Shown piece after piece: positions 23,368-31,703 of a stretch of DNA of 32,000 nucleotides. The position numbers and the translations under genes are program-made. The DNA is from Candidatus Saccharimonadota bacterium (GTDB lineage Bacteria; Patescibacteriota; Gracilibacteria; UBA4473), in contig JACKFV010000001.1 in assembly GCA_020632335.1 (NCBI GenBank), positions 330,001 through 362,000 on the forward strand, in the 5' to 3' direction. The notes under the pieces were generated by a model. The model was given only the letters and a program-made list of their open reading frames with translations, was not told the DNA's origin and did not search any database. The stretch's first letter is position 1, and each line of letters starts with the position of its first letter.

Positions 23368-24852
23368 TTATCCAGCCTTGGGGAAAAATTTCTCCCGGGC
23401 ATAGCGGAGGAAATAGCCCGGGTTCAGCGGCTCTCCCGTCACCCGTTCACAGAGCTCCCCAGCAGTATAGAGGTCCCCCGGGGTGTGGATGTGCTCCCGT
23501 AGCCACTGTAGTAGTGGAGCAAACTCCCCCCGTGCTATGAGTGCGTCTGCATCGAGCTCTCGCTGCATCGCCACCATATACTGCGCGGCGTAGAGCGTCC
23601 CCAGGCTATAAGTAGGAAAGTAGCCCATACTCCCGTGTGCCCAGTGCACGTCTTGCAGGCACCCCAGCGCGTCGTGGGGGACTTCCATGCCCAGGAGCTC
23701 TTGCATCTGTGTATTCCAGTATTCGGGCACCTCCGCCACCAAGAGTGCGCCAGTCAAGAGATCTTTCTCTATCCCAAAGCGGAGCGCGATATGCATATGG
23801 TAGGTCAGCTCATCAGCCTCCACGCGTATGTAGTCTGGGCGCACCAGATTCATCGCTGCGTAGCATTCCTCCTCACTCACGTCGTGCAACTGCACGGGGA
23901 AGACCGCGCGCAGGAGGGGATAGAGCCACTGCATAAAGGCTCTACTGCGCCCGATGTTATTCTCCCAGATCCGTGACTGCGATTCAGCCGTGCTGAGGTT
24001 AGAGTACGTCCCCTGTGGGAGCCCATAGTGCTCTAGCCGCAACCCCTGGCTGTGCATGCTGTGCCCCGCTTCGTGGATGGTACTGCCGATGCCGTCAAAG
24101 AGTTTATACGGGTCTAGCCGGGTGGTCATCCGTACATCTTGTGGATGGAAGCTGGTGCTGAAGGGATGGAGCGCTTCGTCCAGTCGGCCACGAGTGAAGT
24201 CAAACCCCACGGCAGCCGAGAGCATTTTGCTCAGCTGGAATTGCTCGTCATGCGGGTAGGCACGCTCTTCGAGGAAGTCCATACGCACAGAGAGCCCCGC
24301 CATGACCTGCGCTATCAGCTCCTGCAGCGCCGGGAGCAGCGTCGCGAAGATGCCCTCCACCGCCGCAGTCGTCATGCCCCGGTCATAGTCGTGCAGCAAT
24401 GCATCATAGGGGTGGTGCTCATAGCCCAGCAGCTGCGCCTTCTCTTGGTTCATCGCCACTACCTGCGTGAGGAAGGGCGCGAAAATCGCAAAGTTCTTCT
24501 CCGTCTTCGCCCGTGCCCATGCCTGGTGCGCCAGAGTAGTCAGCGACGCCATACGCTCCACAAAGCTCGCGGGGATCCTCCTCGCCCGCTCGTATTCCTC
24601 CTGGGTGATGTGCACATTCTGCCGCTGCTCGGGTGTTAGGCTCGGGTCTTGTAGCAGCGTCTGCAGCCCCTGACCAAAGCTCTCTGCCGTGAAGAGACTA
24701 TGGGCCATACTGCTGAGCGTCCCCAGTTGCTGGCCTCGGAGAGCATGGCTGCCACTCGGCATATAGGTCTCGGTATCCCACCCCAGCACCGCTGCAGCAC
24801 CAGAGAGGTCCGTAATTTTCCTCAGTGTCTGCTGATATGTCGCAAAGTTCAT
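23368..24852 (-). CDS. M32 (Taq-type) metallocarboxypeptidase
   Basis: Motifs present are HEAGHSMH (HExxH), LHPFSTSF (HPF), DVRMTTR, IRVEADELTY and GCLQDVHWAHG. The start is moved to MNFATYQQ (ATG 24852) because TATGGT ends 6 nt upstream. The longer start at 24936 would also overlap the upstream gene. Confidence 0.9.
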   Translation of the reverse strand: MNFATYQQTLRKITDLSGAAAVLGWDTETYMPSGSHALRGQQLGTLSSMAHSLFTAESFGQGLQTLLQDPSLTPEQRQNVHITQEEYERARRIPASFVERMASLTTLAHQAWARAKTEKNFAIFAPFLTQVVAMNQEKAQLLGYEHHPYDALLHDYDRGMTTAAVEGIFATLLPALQELIAQVMAGLSVRMDFLEERAYPHDEQFQLSKMLSAAVGFDFTRGRLDEALHPFSTSFHPQDVRMTTRLDPYKLFDGIGSTIHEAGHSMHSQGLRLEHYGLPQGTYSNLSTAESQSRIWENNIGRSRAFMQWLYPLLRAVFPVQLHDVSEEECYAAMNLVRPDYIRVEADELTYHMHIALRFGIEKDLLTGALLVAEVPEYWNTQMQELLGMEVPHDALGCLQDVHWAHGSMGYFPTYSLGTLYAAQYMVAMQRELDADALIARGEFAPLLQWLREHIHTPGDLYTAGELCERVTGEPLNPGYFLRYAREKFFPKAG

Positions 24853-24893
24853 GCCCCTACCATAAGGAGTCCTTCCACCGAAGCAAGTGAATC

Positions 24894-27623
24894 TTACCCA
24901 CGTCGTCGCCCGTAGTAGAACACCAGCCCGCCACACACCAGGGCGATGAAGATGGGGAGCATTCTGCCTACCGCACCGGTACTGACGTTCTCCGTCACGG
25001 GGATGGGGGACGAATCACTGCAGTTGGGGCCGGCGGTTACGGCGTTGCTCGGCTCGCCCTTCAGGCCCTCGCTGTCGATAGCCGTCACGCGGAAAGTGTA
25101 GTCCTCACACGCGGTCAGCGGCTCCACCAGCCACTTGGTGCGGTTGTCGGGCGTCAGCTGCTCTTTGCACACGGGGGCATCACCAGTGCTGCAGTACTGC
25201 ACGATGTAGGCCTCTATATCCGAAAGGCTGATGCTGGGGGTCCAGAGGAGGCTGACGGCCATATCTTCGGGGAAGGCCTGGAGGTTACTGGGGGCGGTTG
25301 GCGCATTGCCGGCTAGCGGGTCGTCACTGGGAGGATTGGGGCACATGGGGTCGTGCTGCTTGTCCGTGGTGCCTACGGCGCAGGGGGTCAGTGCGGACTC
25401 GAACATATTGGGGACCTTATCGCCATCGTCGTCGGTGTCGGTGCCCTGCTCATCACTGTCGGGGATGCCATCACCGTCGGTGTCCCTCGTCGTGATATTG
25501 GCCGGACTAAACGCCCCTTCCACCAGAAGCGCCGCCACGCCATACGCGTCGTAGATCACCGGGCGGGTTGTCTCGGGGTCCTGATTATCAGGGGTGCCGT
25601 TGCCATTACTATCGACGGTATTGCTCTCCAGCGCGTCCAGCACGCCGTCGTCATCGGTATCCATCATCTCCTCGGTGTTGAGAATCCCATCACCGTCCAG
25701 GTCATCGGTCTGGTTCTCTAGCACGTCTGGCAGGCCATTTGTATTCCCGTCCCAGTAGTTGGCGCGCACGGGCAGGCCGTCCAGCTCATTGGGGATGCCA
25801 TCGCCGTCGGTGTCGTTGTCGGTATCCATCACATCAGGGATGCCGTCGCCGTCTTCGTCAGCGGTATTACTCTCGGCCCAGTCAGGCACGCCGTCGCCGT
25901 CGCTATCGTACATTTCTAGTAAATCAATCGCCCCATCGCCATCACTATCGGCAAAGAGGAGATCCTCCCGCAGGTCATAGGGGGCCTCTTCGCTGGCAGA
26001 CTCACCGCAGATGGTGATGGTCGCGGCGGCTTTCTGATCCACACTATTACCCAGGGTATCAGCCGCCTGCACGTCTATGGGGTAGTCACCACAGGCCGAG
26101 GGGCCGATGAAGGTACCGGTGAATACCTCACCGCTGGGGCTAAACTCTTTGATTACCCCCTCGAAAGTAACCGTCACGCTGGAGAGGGGCTCTGAGGCCT
26201 TGACGTTGACCGTGAACTCGGTAGACGGGTCCAGCGTGGTGCTGGGCAGCACTTCCACATTCAGCGCCTGGGGGGGGCTACGGTCTATCTGCACCTGTAC
26301 GGGGTCTGACTGCACCGCGGCGTCGCCCGCACACTGCACCACAAAGGTATGCGCGCCGTCACCCAGCGTGGGGGTCTGCTGCACATAGGTACCGTTGAGC
26401 TCTATGCTGACATTCTCGAAGATCGTCTCGGTGTTATCCAGCACGTCTACCGCGCCACTGGCGCACAGGGCCTCCCCGCTGATGGTCAGGCGCTGGTTGT
26501 TATACGTGCCCGCGCGGGGCGTTTTTATCGTCACAAAGGGCGTCCCGGTCATGGGCGCGCCCGCATCTTCGCCGATCACCACGCCGTTCCACTCGCCATT
26601 AATGCGGATGTCGCTGAGGTCATAGACGCTGAGGAACTGGCTGCCTGGAGTCAAGAACCGCACCGCCAGCGCAAAGGAATGCTTGCCCTGGTCAGCAGGA
26701 GTGAAGGTGTAGTCGGTGGGCAGCACCGCGCTATCATCCGACGAGCTAAACCGTACCGTGCCGCGGTAGTCGGGCAGCACGTTGCCGTCGGCGTCGCGGG
26801 CCTCTACCGTTAGGGTCTGGTTGACATTCTGCTGCACGCTGTCGGGGAGTCCCACTACCGTGAAGTAGGCCACCGTGGCCTCCAGGAGGTCTTGGGTGTC
26901 ATTAAAGAGCTGCGCCTGGAGAAAACTCCCCAGTCCACGTGCTGAGCGGCTAGCGGTGATGTCCGCCTCCGGGGCGCTCTGGAGGAAGGGGCTGGGGGTA
27001 AAGACCACCTGCGGACGGGTCTGCAGCGTGATGTCCTCGGCCGTGATGGTGAGGATCGACACGCCAGATTCCGTGCTGGTGAGAGTGATGATGGCCTGCC
27101 CGCGACTGTCGGTGCTGCGCGGGGACTGCACGGCGTCTGCGGCACGACTGGAGTGCACCGTGAAGGGCGTATTACTCATGGGGTTCTTATAGGCGTCTAC
27201 CAGCTGCAGGGTGAGTACGGCGGCGGTCTGTCCATCGGCCACGGTGGAGCCCTCCCCCACCGTCACAGTAGACTGGTAGGCGCTTGGGAGCCCTGGAGCC
27301 ACGCTAAAGCTGGTACTGACGTCTTGCCCACTGCCGCGCAGCACGTCTGCCCGGTAGCGCCCTGCGGCCGTCACGTGCGTGGCATAGATGCTGCTCTGCA
27401 CCTCTCCCCAGGCGTCGGCCGTCAGTGTGATGGGCACGCGGGTACTGTTGGGCTTAGTGATGGCGAGGGTAATAGCCTCCTCACTCGTGAGCCCGGTAAT
27501 GCGAACGGGGGCGTCCTGCCCGGCGCTGGTGTCGCTGATCTGCATCCAGACGCTGGCCGCGGCCATGAGCGGCGCCAGCCCCACAGAGAGGATCGAGAGC
27601 AAGAGAGAGTACAGGAAGCGCAT
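24894..27623 (-). CDS. Type-I anchored surface protein: signal peptide, Big-like domains, Ca-binding DxDxDG repeats, FN3-like domain, C-terminal TM anchor
   Basis: The signal peptide is MRFLYSLLLSILSVGLAPLMAAASV. A Big_1-like segment reads TVADGQTAAVLTLQLVDAYKNPMSNTPFTV...TDSRGQAIITLTS. The repeats read DSDGDGAIDLLEMYDSDGDGVPDWAE...DEDGDGIPDVMDTDNDTDGDGIPNELDG...DTDGDGIPDSDEQGTDTDDDGDKVPN. The C-terminus is MLPIFIALVCGGLVFYYGRRRG. Confidence 0.85.
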   Translation of the reverse strand: MRFLYSLLLSILSVGLAPLMAAASVWMQISDTSAGQDAPVRITGLTSEEAITLAITKPNSTRVPITLTADAWGEVQSSIYATHVTAAGRYRADVLRGSGQDVSTSFSVAPGLPSAYQSTVTVGEGSTVADGQTAAVLTLQLVDAYKNPMSNTPFTVHSSRAADAVQSPRSTDSRGQAIITLTSTESGVSILTITAEDITLQTRPQVVFTPSPFLQSAPEADITASRSARGLGSFLQAQLFNDTQDLLEATVAYFTVVGLPDSVQQNVNQTLTVEARDADGNVLPDYRGTVRFSSSDDSAVLPTDYTFTPADQGKHSFALAVRFLTPGSQFLSVYDLSDIRINGEWNGVVIGEDAGAPMTGTPFVTIKTPRAGTYNNQRLTISGEALCASGAVDVLDNTETIFENVSIELNGTYVQQTPTLGDGAHTFVVQCAGDAAVQSDPVQVQIDRSPPQALNVEVLPSTTLDPSTEFTVNVKASEPLSSVTVTFEGVIKEFSPSGEVFTGTFIGPSACGDYPIDVQAADTLGNSVDQKAAATITICGESASEEAPYDLREDLLFADSDGDGAIDLLEMYDSDGDGVPDWAESNTADEDGDGIPDVMDTDNDTDGDGIPNELDGLPVRANYWDGNTNGLPDVLENQTDDLDGDGILNTEEMMDTDDDGVLDALESNTVDSNGNGTPDNQDPETTRPVIYDAYGVAALLVEGAFSPANITTRDTDGDGIPDSDEQGTDTDDDGDKVPNMFESALTPCAVGTTDKQHDPMCPNPPSDDPLAGNAPTAPSNLQAFPEDMAVSLLWTPSISLSDIEAYIVQYCSTGDAPVCKEQLTPDNRTKWLVEPLTACEDYTFRVTAIDSEGLKGEPSNAVTAGPNCSDSSPIPVTENVSTGAVGRMLPIFIALVCGGLVFYYGRRRG

Positions 27624-27750
27624 GCGGGTCGGGGCTAGTATGCTGGAAATTGTTGACAGAGCAATCTCTCTGGTGCGAAAGGCTCTTGACAGGGGGAGAA
27701 TCTCCAGCTGTCGTTATAGTCTAGCACGACTCTGTGGGGGGCTGCAAGTA

Positions 27751-27779
27751 TTGACACGATGTGAAAAATCAACCATACT
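27751..27779 (+). promoter_or_regulatory. Candidate ssrA promoter (TTGACA, 17 nt, CATACT)
   Basis: The -35 is at 27751-27756 and the -10 at 27774-27779. The mature tmRNA 5' end lies 33 nt downstream of the -10, which implies a processed precursor. Confidence 0.45.
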
Positions 27780-27812
27780 CTGGCCAGTGACAGGGGGCGT
27801 CTTTCACACATC

Positions 27813-28258
<446 letters not shown>

Positions 28259-28264
28259 GTACGT

Positions 28265-28340
28265 GGGTGAGTAGCTCAGTCGGTAGAGCACCTGGCTCTT
28301 AACCAGTTGGTCGAGAGTTCGAATCTCTCCTCACCCACCA
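28265..28340 (+). tRNA. tRNA-Lys (anticodon CTT), CCA encoded
   Basis: GGGTGAGTAGCTCAGTCGGTAGAGCACCTGGCTCTTAACCAGTTGGTCGAGAGTTCGAATCTCTCCTCACCCACCA folds as a cloverleaf with one 27:43 mismatch. It starts 6 nt after the tmRNA. Confidence 0.85.
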
Positions 28341-29704
28341 TTGACATCGCACAGGTTATCAGAACCCCCTTGAGGGGTTTTTGGTGTATTTGGAGGCGTT
28401 TTTATTCCTCCGTCAGAATCTTCATTCGGCGAAGGAAACCATAGGTCGATAGAAATATCGTTTCCTTTGATTTTGATTTTCTTGATGATTTCAAAATACA
28501 GCTCTCTTTTTTCGTCGTATGTGAGAGCTTCAAAATTCTTTCGATATTTTCGAGTGGCTCGCTCAATAGAAAAGAGTTTTTCCTGTTTCTGTTCTTCTGT
28601 AACGAGCTTTCCCGAAAGCACTTCTCTTTCATCTTTGAAATCCGCAATTTCTTTTATGATAATTTCCAAATCCAAGGCGACTTCATCGGGTGTATAAGTG
28701 CCTCTTCTTACCAATTCTTTTACTGTTTTTTCTCCTTCAGCTAATCTGGCAATTTCGGTTGTAATATTCTTGATTCTCAGATTGATTGCTTCAATCTCTT
28801 CTGGTTTTCTTTGGTCGGCAATCATTTTTTCCAATAATTTTCTTGGATTTCTAAAAAATGGTTCAACATATTGCCAAACAATACCGTCAAGAATCTCCTC
28901 TGATATTCCGTGCGAAGGACATTTGAAAGGTGTGCCACTTCCTTTGTTTTTACAGCGATAGTTTTTTGTTCCTTTTCCTGCCTTGTAGCCAGTGTATTTC
29001 AAACCACAGCCGTCTTCACCGCACCAAATTTTTCCAGTAAAAAGATAGTCATTTTTCCTTCCTCCTGATTTTGCTTTATTCTCTTTGAGCCTTTCTTTTG
29101 CTCTCTTGAAAATTGGCTCATCAATAATCGGAGCACAATCATACTTCTGCCACTCACTTTTCGGTTTTTCTATATTCTTCCTCGTCTTTTTGTCTCTGGT
29201 GTAGCGATTGTAATAATAACGACCGATATAATGCTCTCTTTTGAAAATCTCTCGAATAAACATTTTCCTTACGATAGAGGCTTCTTTTTCGTTGATAACC
29301 AAGGTTTGCGTTTCTTCATCAACATCGTAGCCGTAAGGAATTGAGCCACCAACATACTTTCCTTCTTTGGCTTTTGTCATTTTTCCTTCCATCGTTCTTT
29401 GCAGTATCAACTCTCTTTCAAATTCAGCGAGAGCACCCATCATTTGAAAAACGAGTTTCCCGACTGCCGAAGTGTCAAATTGTTCTGTGGCTGATTTGAA
29501 TTGTACCTCGTGTTCACCCAAGAATTTCACATATCGCAAAAGATATTCGAGCTTCCTGAAAAAACGGTCTATTTTCCAAACTAAAACCAAATCGAACTTT
29601 TTATCGACTGCGTCTTGTAAAAGTCTCTTGAATGCGGGTCTCTCATCACTTGCTCCGCTTTCTCCCTCGTCTCTGTATATCCATTCTTTTTTAGGACTTG
29701 GCAA
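28331..29704 (-). pseudogene. Large serine recombinase, 5'-truncated with the catalytic-Ser region missing
   Basis: The resolvase-domain remnant starts at ...WIYRDEGESGASDERPAFKRLL...VWKIDRFFRK, which corresponds to roughly residue 45 onward of this domain. The recombinase domain, the zinc ribbon (CGEDGCGLKYTG...YRCKNKGSGTPFKCPSHG) and the coiled-coil region are retained. The first three codons (TTG CCA AGT) are contributed by the IS end that begins at 29694. Confidence 0.75.
28363..28382 (+). terminator. Rho-independent terminator after tRNA-Lys
   Basis: The stem aacccc pairs with ggggtt around the loop cttga and is followed by a T-run. Confidence 0.5.
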
Positions 29705-30068
29705 TTTAGTATAGAGAAGTAGAGTGAGAGTATGAAATGTCCAAACTGTACGGCAACGGAAAACAGAAAATCAGGGAAGATACGAGACAAACAACGATAC
29801 GAATGTAAGAAGTGTGGGTGCCACTTTACGCAGTCCTATAAAGGGTTTGTGCCGCCTGTGCTCAAACTTTTGGCCTGCGTATTATATATGAATGGGCTCG
29901 GATTTAGGAGAATCGCAGCCCTCTTAAATGTGAGCCATCAGAGCGTGCAGCAGTGGATAAAACGCTACGCGAGTCAGATGCAAAAGCAGTTTCCGATTGA
30001 CAAAAAAGCCCGCCATGTGCGGGTTATTCAGCTGGATGAGATGTGGCACTATGTGGGTAAAAAAAACG
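29694..30068 (+). repeat. Left 375-bp inverted repeat (IS end, insA, and A8 slippery run)
   Basis: This is the reverse complement of 30424-30798. I saw one mismatch (C at 30049 against T, synonymous His). The two InsA copies are identical through VGKKN in the track translations. Confidence 0.85.
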
Positions 30069-30082
30069 GGCATTGGCACTAA
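29732..30082 (+). CDS. Orphan IS1 InsA copy (zinc finger plus HTH), no InsB downstream
   Basis: MKCPNCTATENRKSGKIRDKQRYECKKCGCHF... has a CxxC...CxxC zinc finger followed by an HTH (GFRRIAALLNVSHQSVQQWIKRY). The sequence diverges right after the A-run. Confidence 0.7.
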   Translation: MKCPNCTATENRKSGKIRDKQRYECKKCGCHFTQSYKGFVPPVLKLLACVLYMNGLGFRRIAALLNVSHQSVQQWIKRYASQMQKQFPIDKKARHVRVIQLDEMWHYVGKKNGHWH

Positions 30083-30760
30083 AATATAGATAATACAGGG
30101 GCGAAGAAAAAAGCCAGAGCGTGCTGGATACCATGGCAACACTCTTTGAGTAGCAGAGAGTTTTTCTATGGAATCGAGCGAGATAATGCCGCACTCTGCA
30201 GTTGGCCGACTCGATGCGTTGGGTGTGTTTTTTCCCGATGAGGTGCTGGCTTGGGGGCAGGATTTTTCGGTACACTTTCCAACTATCAGTCGCATAAAAG
30301 TCGCACTGGATGTGGCTTATTTGGTCTAGGAGTCTTCGGAGCGTCTTGCTTCCTCGGCTCCCAATTTCGAACCCGAGGACCTCTCCTGTGTCCGCGCAAA
30401 GAGCAATCCAAATCCACAATTTTCGTTTTTTTTACCCACATAATGCCACATCTCATCCAGCTGAATAACCCGCACATGGCGGGCTTTTTTGTCAATCGGA
30501 AACTGCTTTTGCATCTGACTCGCGTAGCGTTTTATCCACTGCTGCACGCTCTGATGGCTCACATTTAAGAGGGCTGCGATTCTCCTAAATCCGAGCCCAT
30601 TCATATATAATACGCAGGCCAAAAGTTTGAGCACAGGCGGCACAAACCCTTTATAGGACTGCGTAAAGTGGCACCCACACTTCTTACATTCGTATCGTTG
30701 TTTGTCTCGTATCTTCCCTGATTTTCTGTTTTCCGTTGCCGTACAGTTTGGACATTTCAT
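30024..30760 (-). CDS. IS1-family transposase InsAB' (requires a -1 frameshift on the A8 run at 30426-30433)
   Basis: The InsA frame is 30326..30760. The -1 frame (track ORF 30024..30419) gives WIWIALCADTGEVLGFEIGSRG...YATDSWKVY...GKKHTQRIESANCRVRHYLARFHRKTLCYSKS. The DDE candidates are in LDEMW, TDSW and IESAN. The 3' end runs into the left repeat, so the natural stop is uncertain. Confidence 0.7.
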
Positions 30761-30798
30761 ACTCTCACTCTACTTCTCTATACTAAATTGCCAAGTCC
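30424..30798 (-). repeat. Right 375-bp inverted repeat
   Basis: See the left copy. Identity ends immediately after the A8-CG run. Confidence 0.85.
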
Positions 30799-30998
30799 AT
30801 TTATTTATCACCTTTTAAAAATTTACTGTTTCTATTATATTCAATACAGTATTATTTCGTTAGGTTTTTTAGTTTTGATGTATTACTAGGTATCTTATCG
30901 AGGAATCTGAAAATGTGATAACCTGTGATATGCGTACTACCAGAAATAGTAAACCAGAGACACAGCAAAACGTGCACTTTTTAGATTAGAAGCGCTCT

Positions 30999-31628
30999 CT
31001 AGGCGTCACGCTTACGCAGCACGGTGTCAATGATGCCGCTCTTCCCGTATGCCGCGGCCTCAGGCGCGGTGAGGTAGTTGTCGCGGTCCATATCGCGCAC
31101 TATCTTGTCATAGTCGTCCTCACCCGTGCGCTGCATCACTATCCGATAGAGTTTCTCACGGGTGCTGAGCAGGTGCCGCGTATGGATCTCTATATCGCTT
31201 GCCTGGCCACTCAGCCCCCCACCCCCTATAAGCGGCTGGTGGATGAGGATCTCGCTATTCGGCAGAGCGTAACGCTTCCCTGGGGCACCGCACATCAGCA
31301 ACATGCTCCCCATGCTGGCCGCTAGCCCCACGCAGATGGTCGCCACATCGGGCTTGATAAAGTCCATCACGTCAATGATCGCCATGCCCGCAGAGATACT
31401 CCCCCCAGGGGAATTAATATACAGTGTGATGTCCTTGCTGCTATCCACCGACTCGAGAAAGAGCAGCTGCGCAATGATGAGATTGGCCATGTCATCTCCC
31501 ACCGGCCCGGTAGCAAAGACAATTCGGTCCTTCAGCAGGCGGCTGAAAATATCATACGAGCGCTCTCCCAGGGGGGTTTTCTCCACCACCATGGGGACGA
31601 GCTGGTTCTGGAAAGGGTCTGTAGACAT
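30999..31628 (-). CDS. clpP: ATP-dependent Clp protease proteolytic subunit
   Basis: Canonical ClpP sequence is present ([15 protein letters not shown]...[14 protein letters not shown]...[11 protein letters not shown]...ILIHQPL...[15 protein letters not shown]). The start is set to MSTDPFQ (ATG 31628) because TATAGT (31635-31640) ends 6 nt upstream. Confidence 0.93.
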   Translation of the reverse strand: MSTDPFQNQLVPMVVEKTPLGERSYDIFSRLLKDRIVFATGPVGDDMANLIIAQLLFLESVDSSKDITLYINSPGGSISAGMAIIDVMDFIKPDVATICVGLAASMGSMLLMCGAPGKRYALPNSEILIHQPLIGGGGLSGQASDIEIHTRHLLSTREKLYRIVMQRTGEDDYDKIVRDMDRDNYLTAPEAAAYGKSGIIDTVLRKRDA

Positions 31629-31634
31629 GCCCCC

Positions 31635-31661
31635 ACTATAGCAAATCTCGACCAGATGCAA
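31635..31661 (-). promoter_or_regulatory. Candidate clpP promoter (TTGCAT, 15 nt, TATAGT), leaderless geometry
   Basis: On the minus strand the -10 is at 31635-31640 and the -35-like TTGCAT at 31656-31661. Confidence 0.45.
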
Positions 31662-31703
31662 CACCACAAGCCCCTTGTAATACCCGTAAAATATGGCACT
31701 ATA

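Larger units (their letters stand above)
29694..30798. mobile_element. IS1-family element with 375-bp terminal inverted repeats (symmetric insA ... insB ... insA arrangement)
   Basis: The outer ends ggacttggcaatttagtatagag (29694 onward) and its reverse complement (ending at 30798) are inverted copies. The interior encodes IS1-type InsA and InsB. Confidence 0.75.
28341..30990. mobile_element. AT-rich integrated island directly 3' of tRNA-Lys, carrying a decayed serine recombinase and an IS1-family element
   Basis: Base composition shifts abruptly at the tRNA 3' end and again just before the clpP stop. The content is mobile-element genes only. Confidence 0.6.

Noticed and set aside
24853-24936. 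Long N-terminal extension of the M32 carboxypeptidase (start at 24936)
   Set aside because: The extension (MWRAGVLLRATTWVRF...) is not family-like and overlaps the upstream gene end. The internal ATG 24852 gives a typical M32 N-terminus and has a TAnnnT box ending 6 nt upstream.
27651-27690. Two further TTGACA hexamers (27651 and about 27685) as additional ssrA promoters
   Set aside because: Neither has a TAnnnT box at 15-18 nt spacing. Only the third TTGACA (27751) has a properly spaced -10.
29685-30807. Target-site duplication flanking the IS1-like unit
   Set aside because: The 9-mers abutting the ends (tctttttta and atttattta) do not match, so no duplication can be claimed.
31629-31667. 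clpP start at 31667
   Set aside because: The first 13 codons are not ClpP-like, and the extended start would sit upstream of the TATAGT box. ATG 31628 fits the leaderless geometry.
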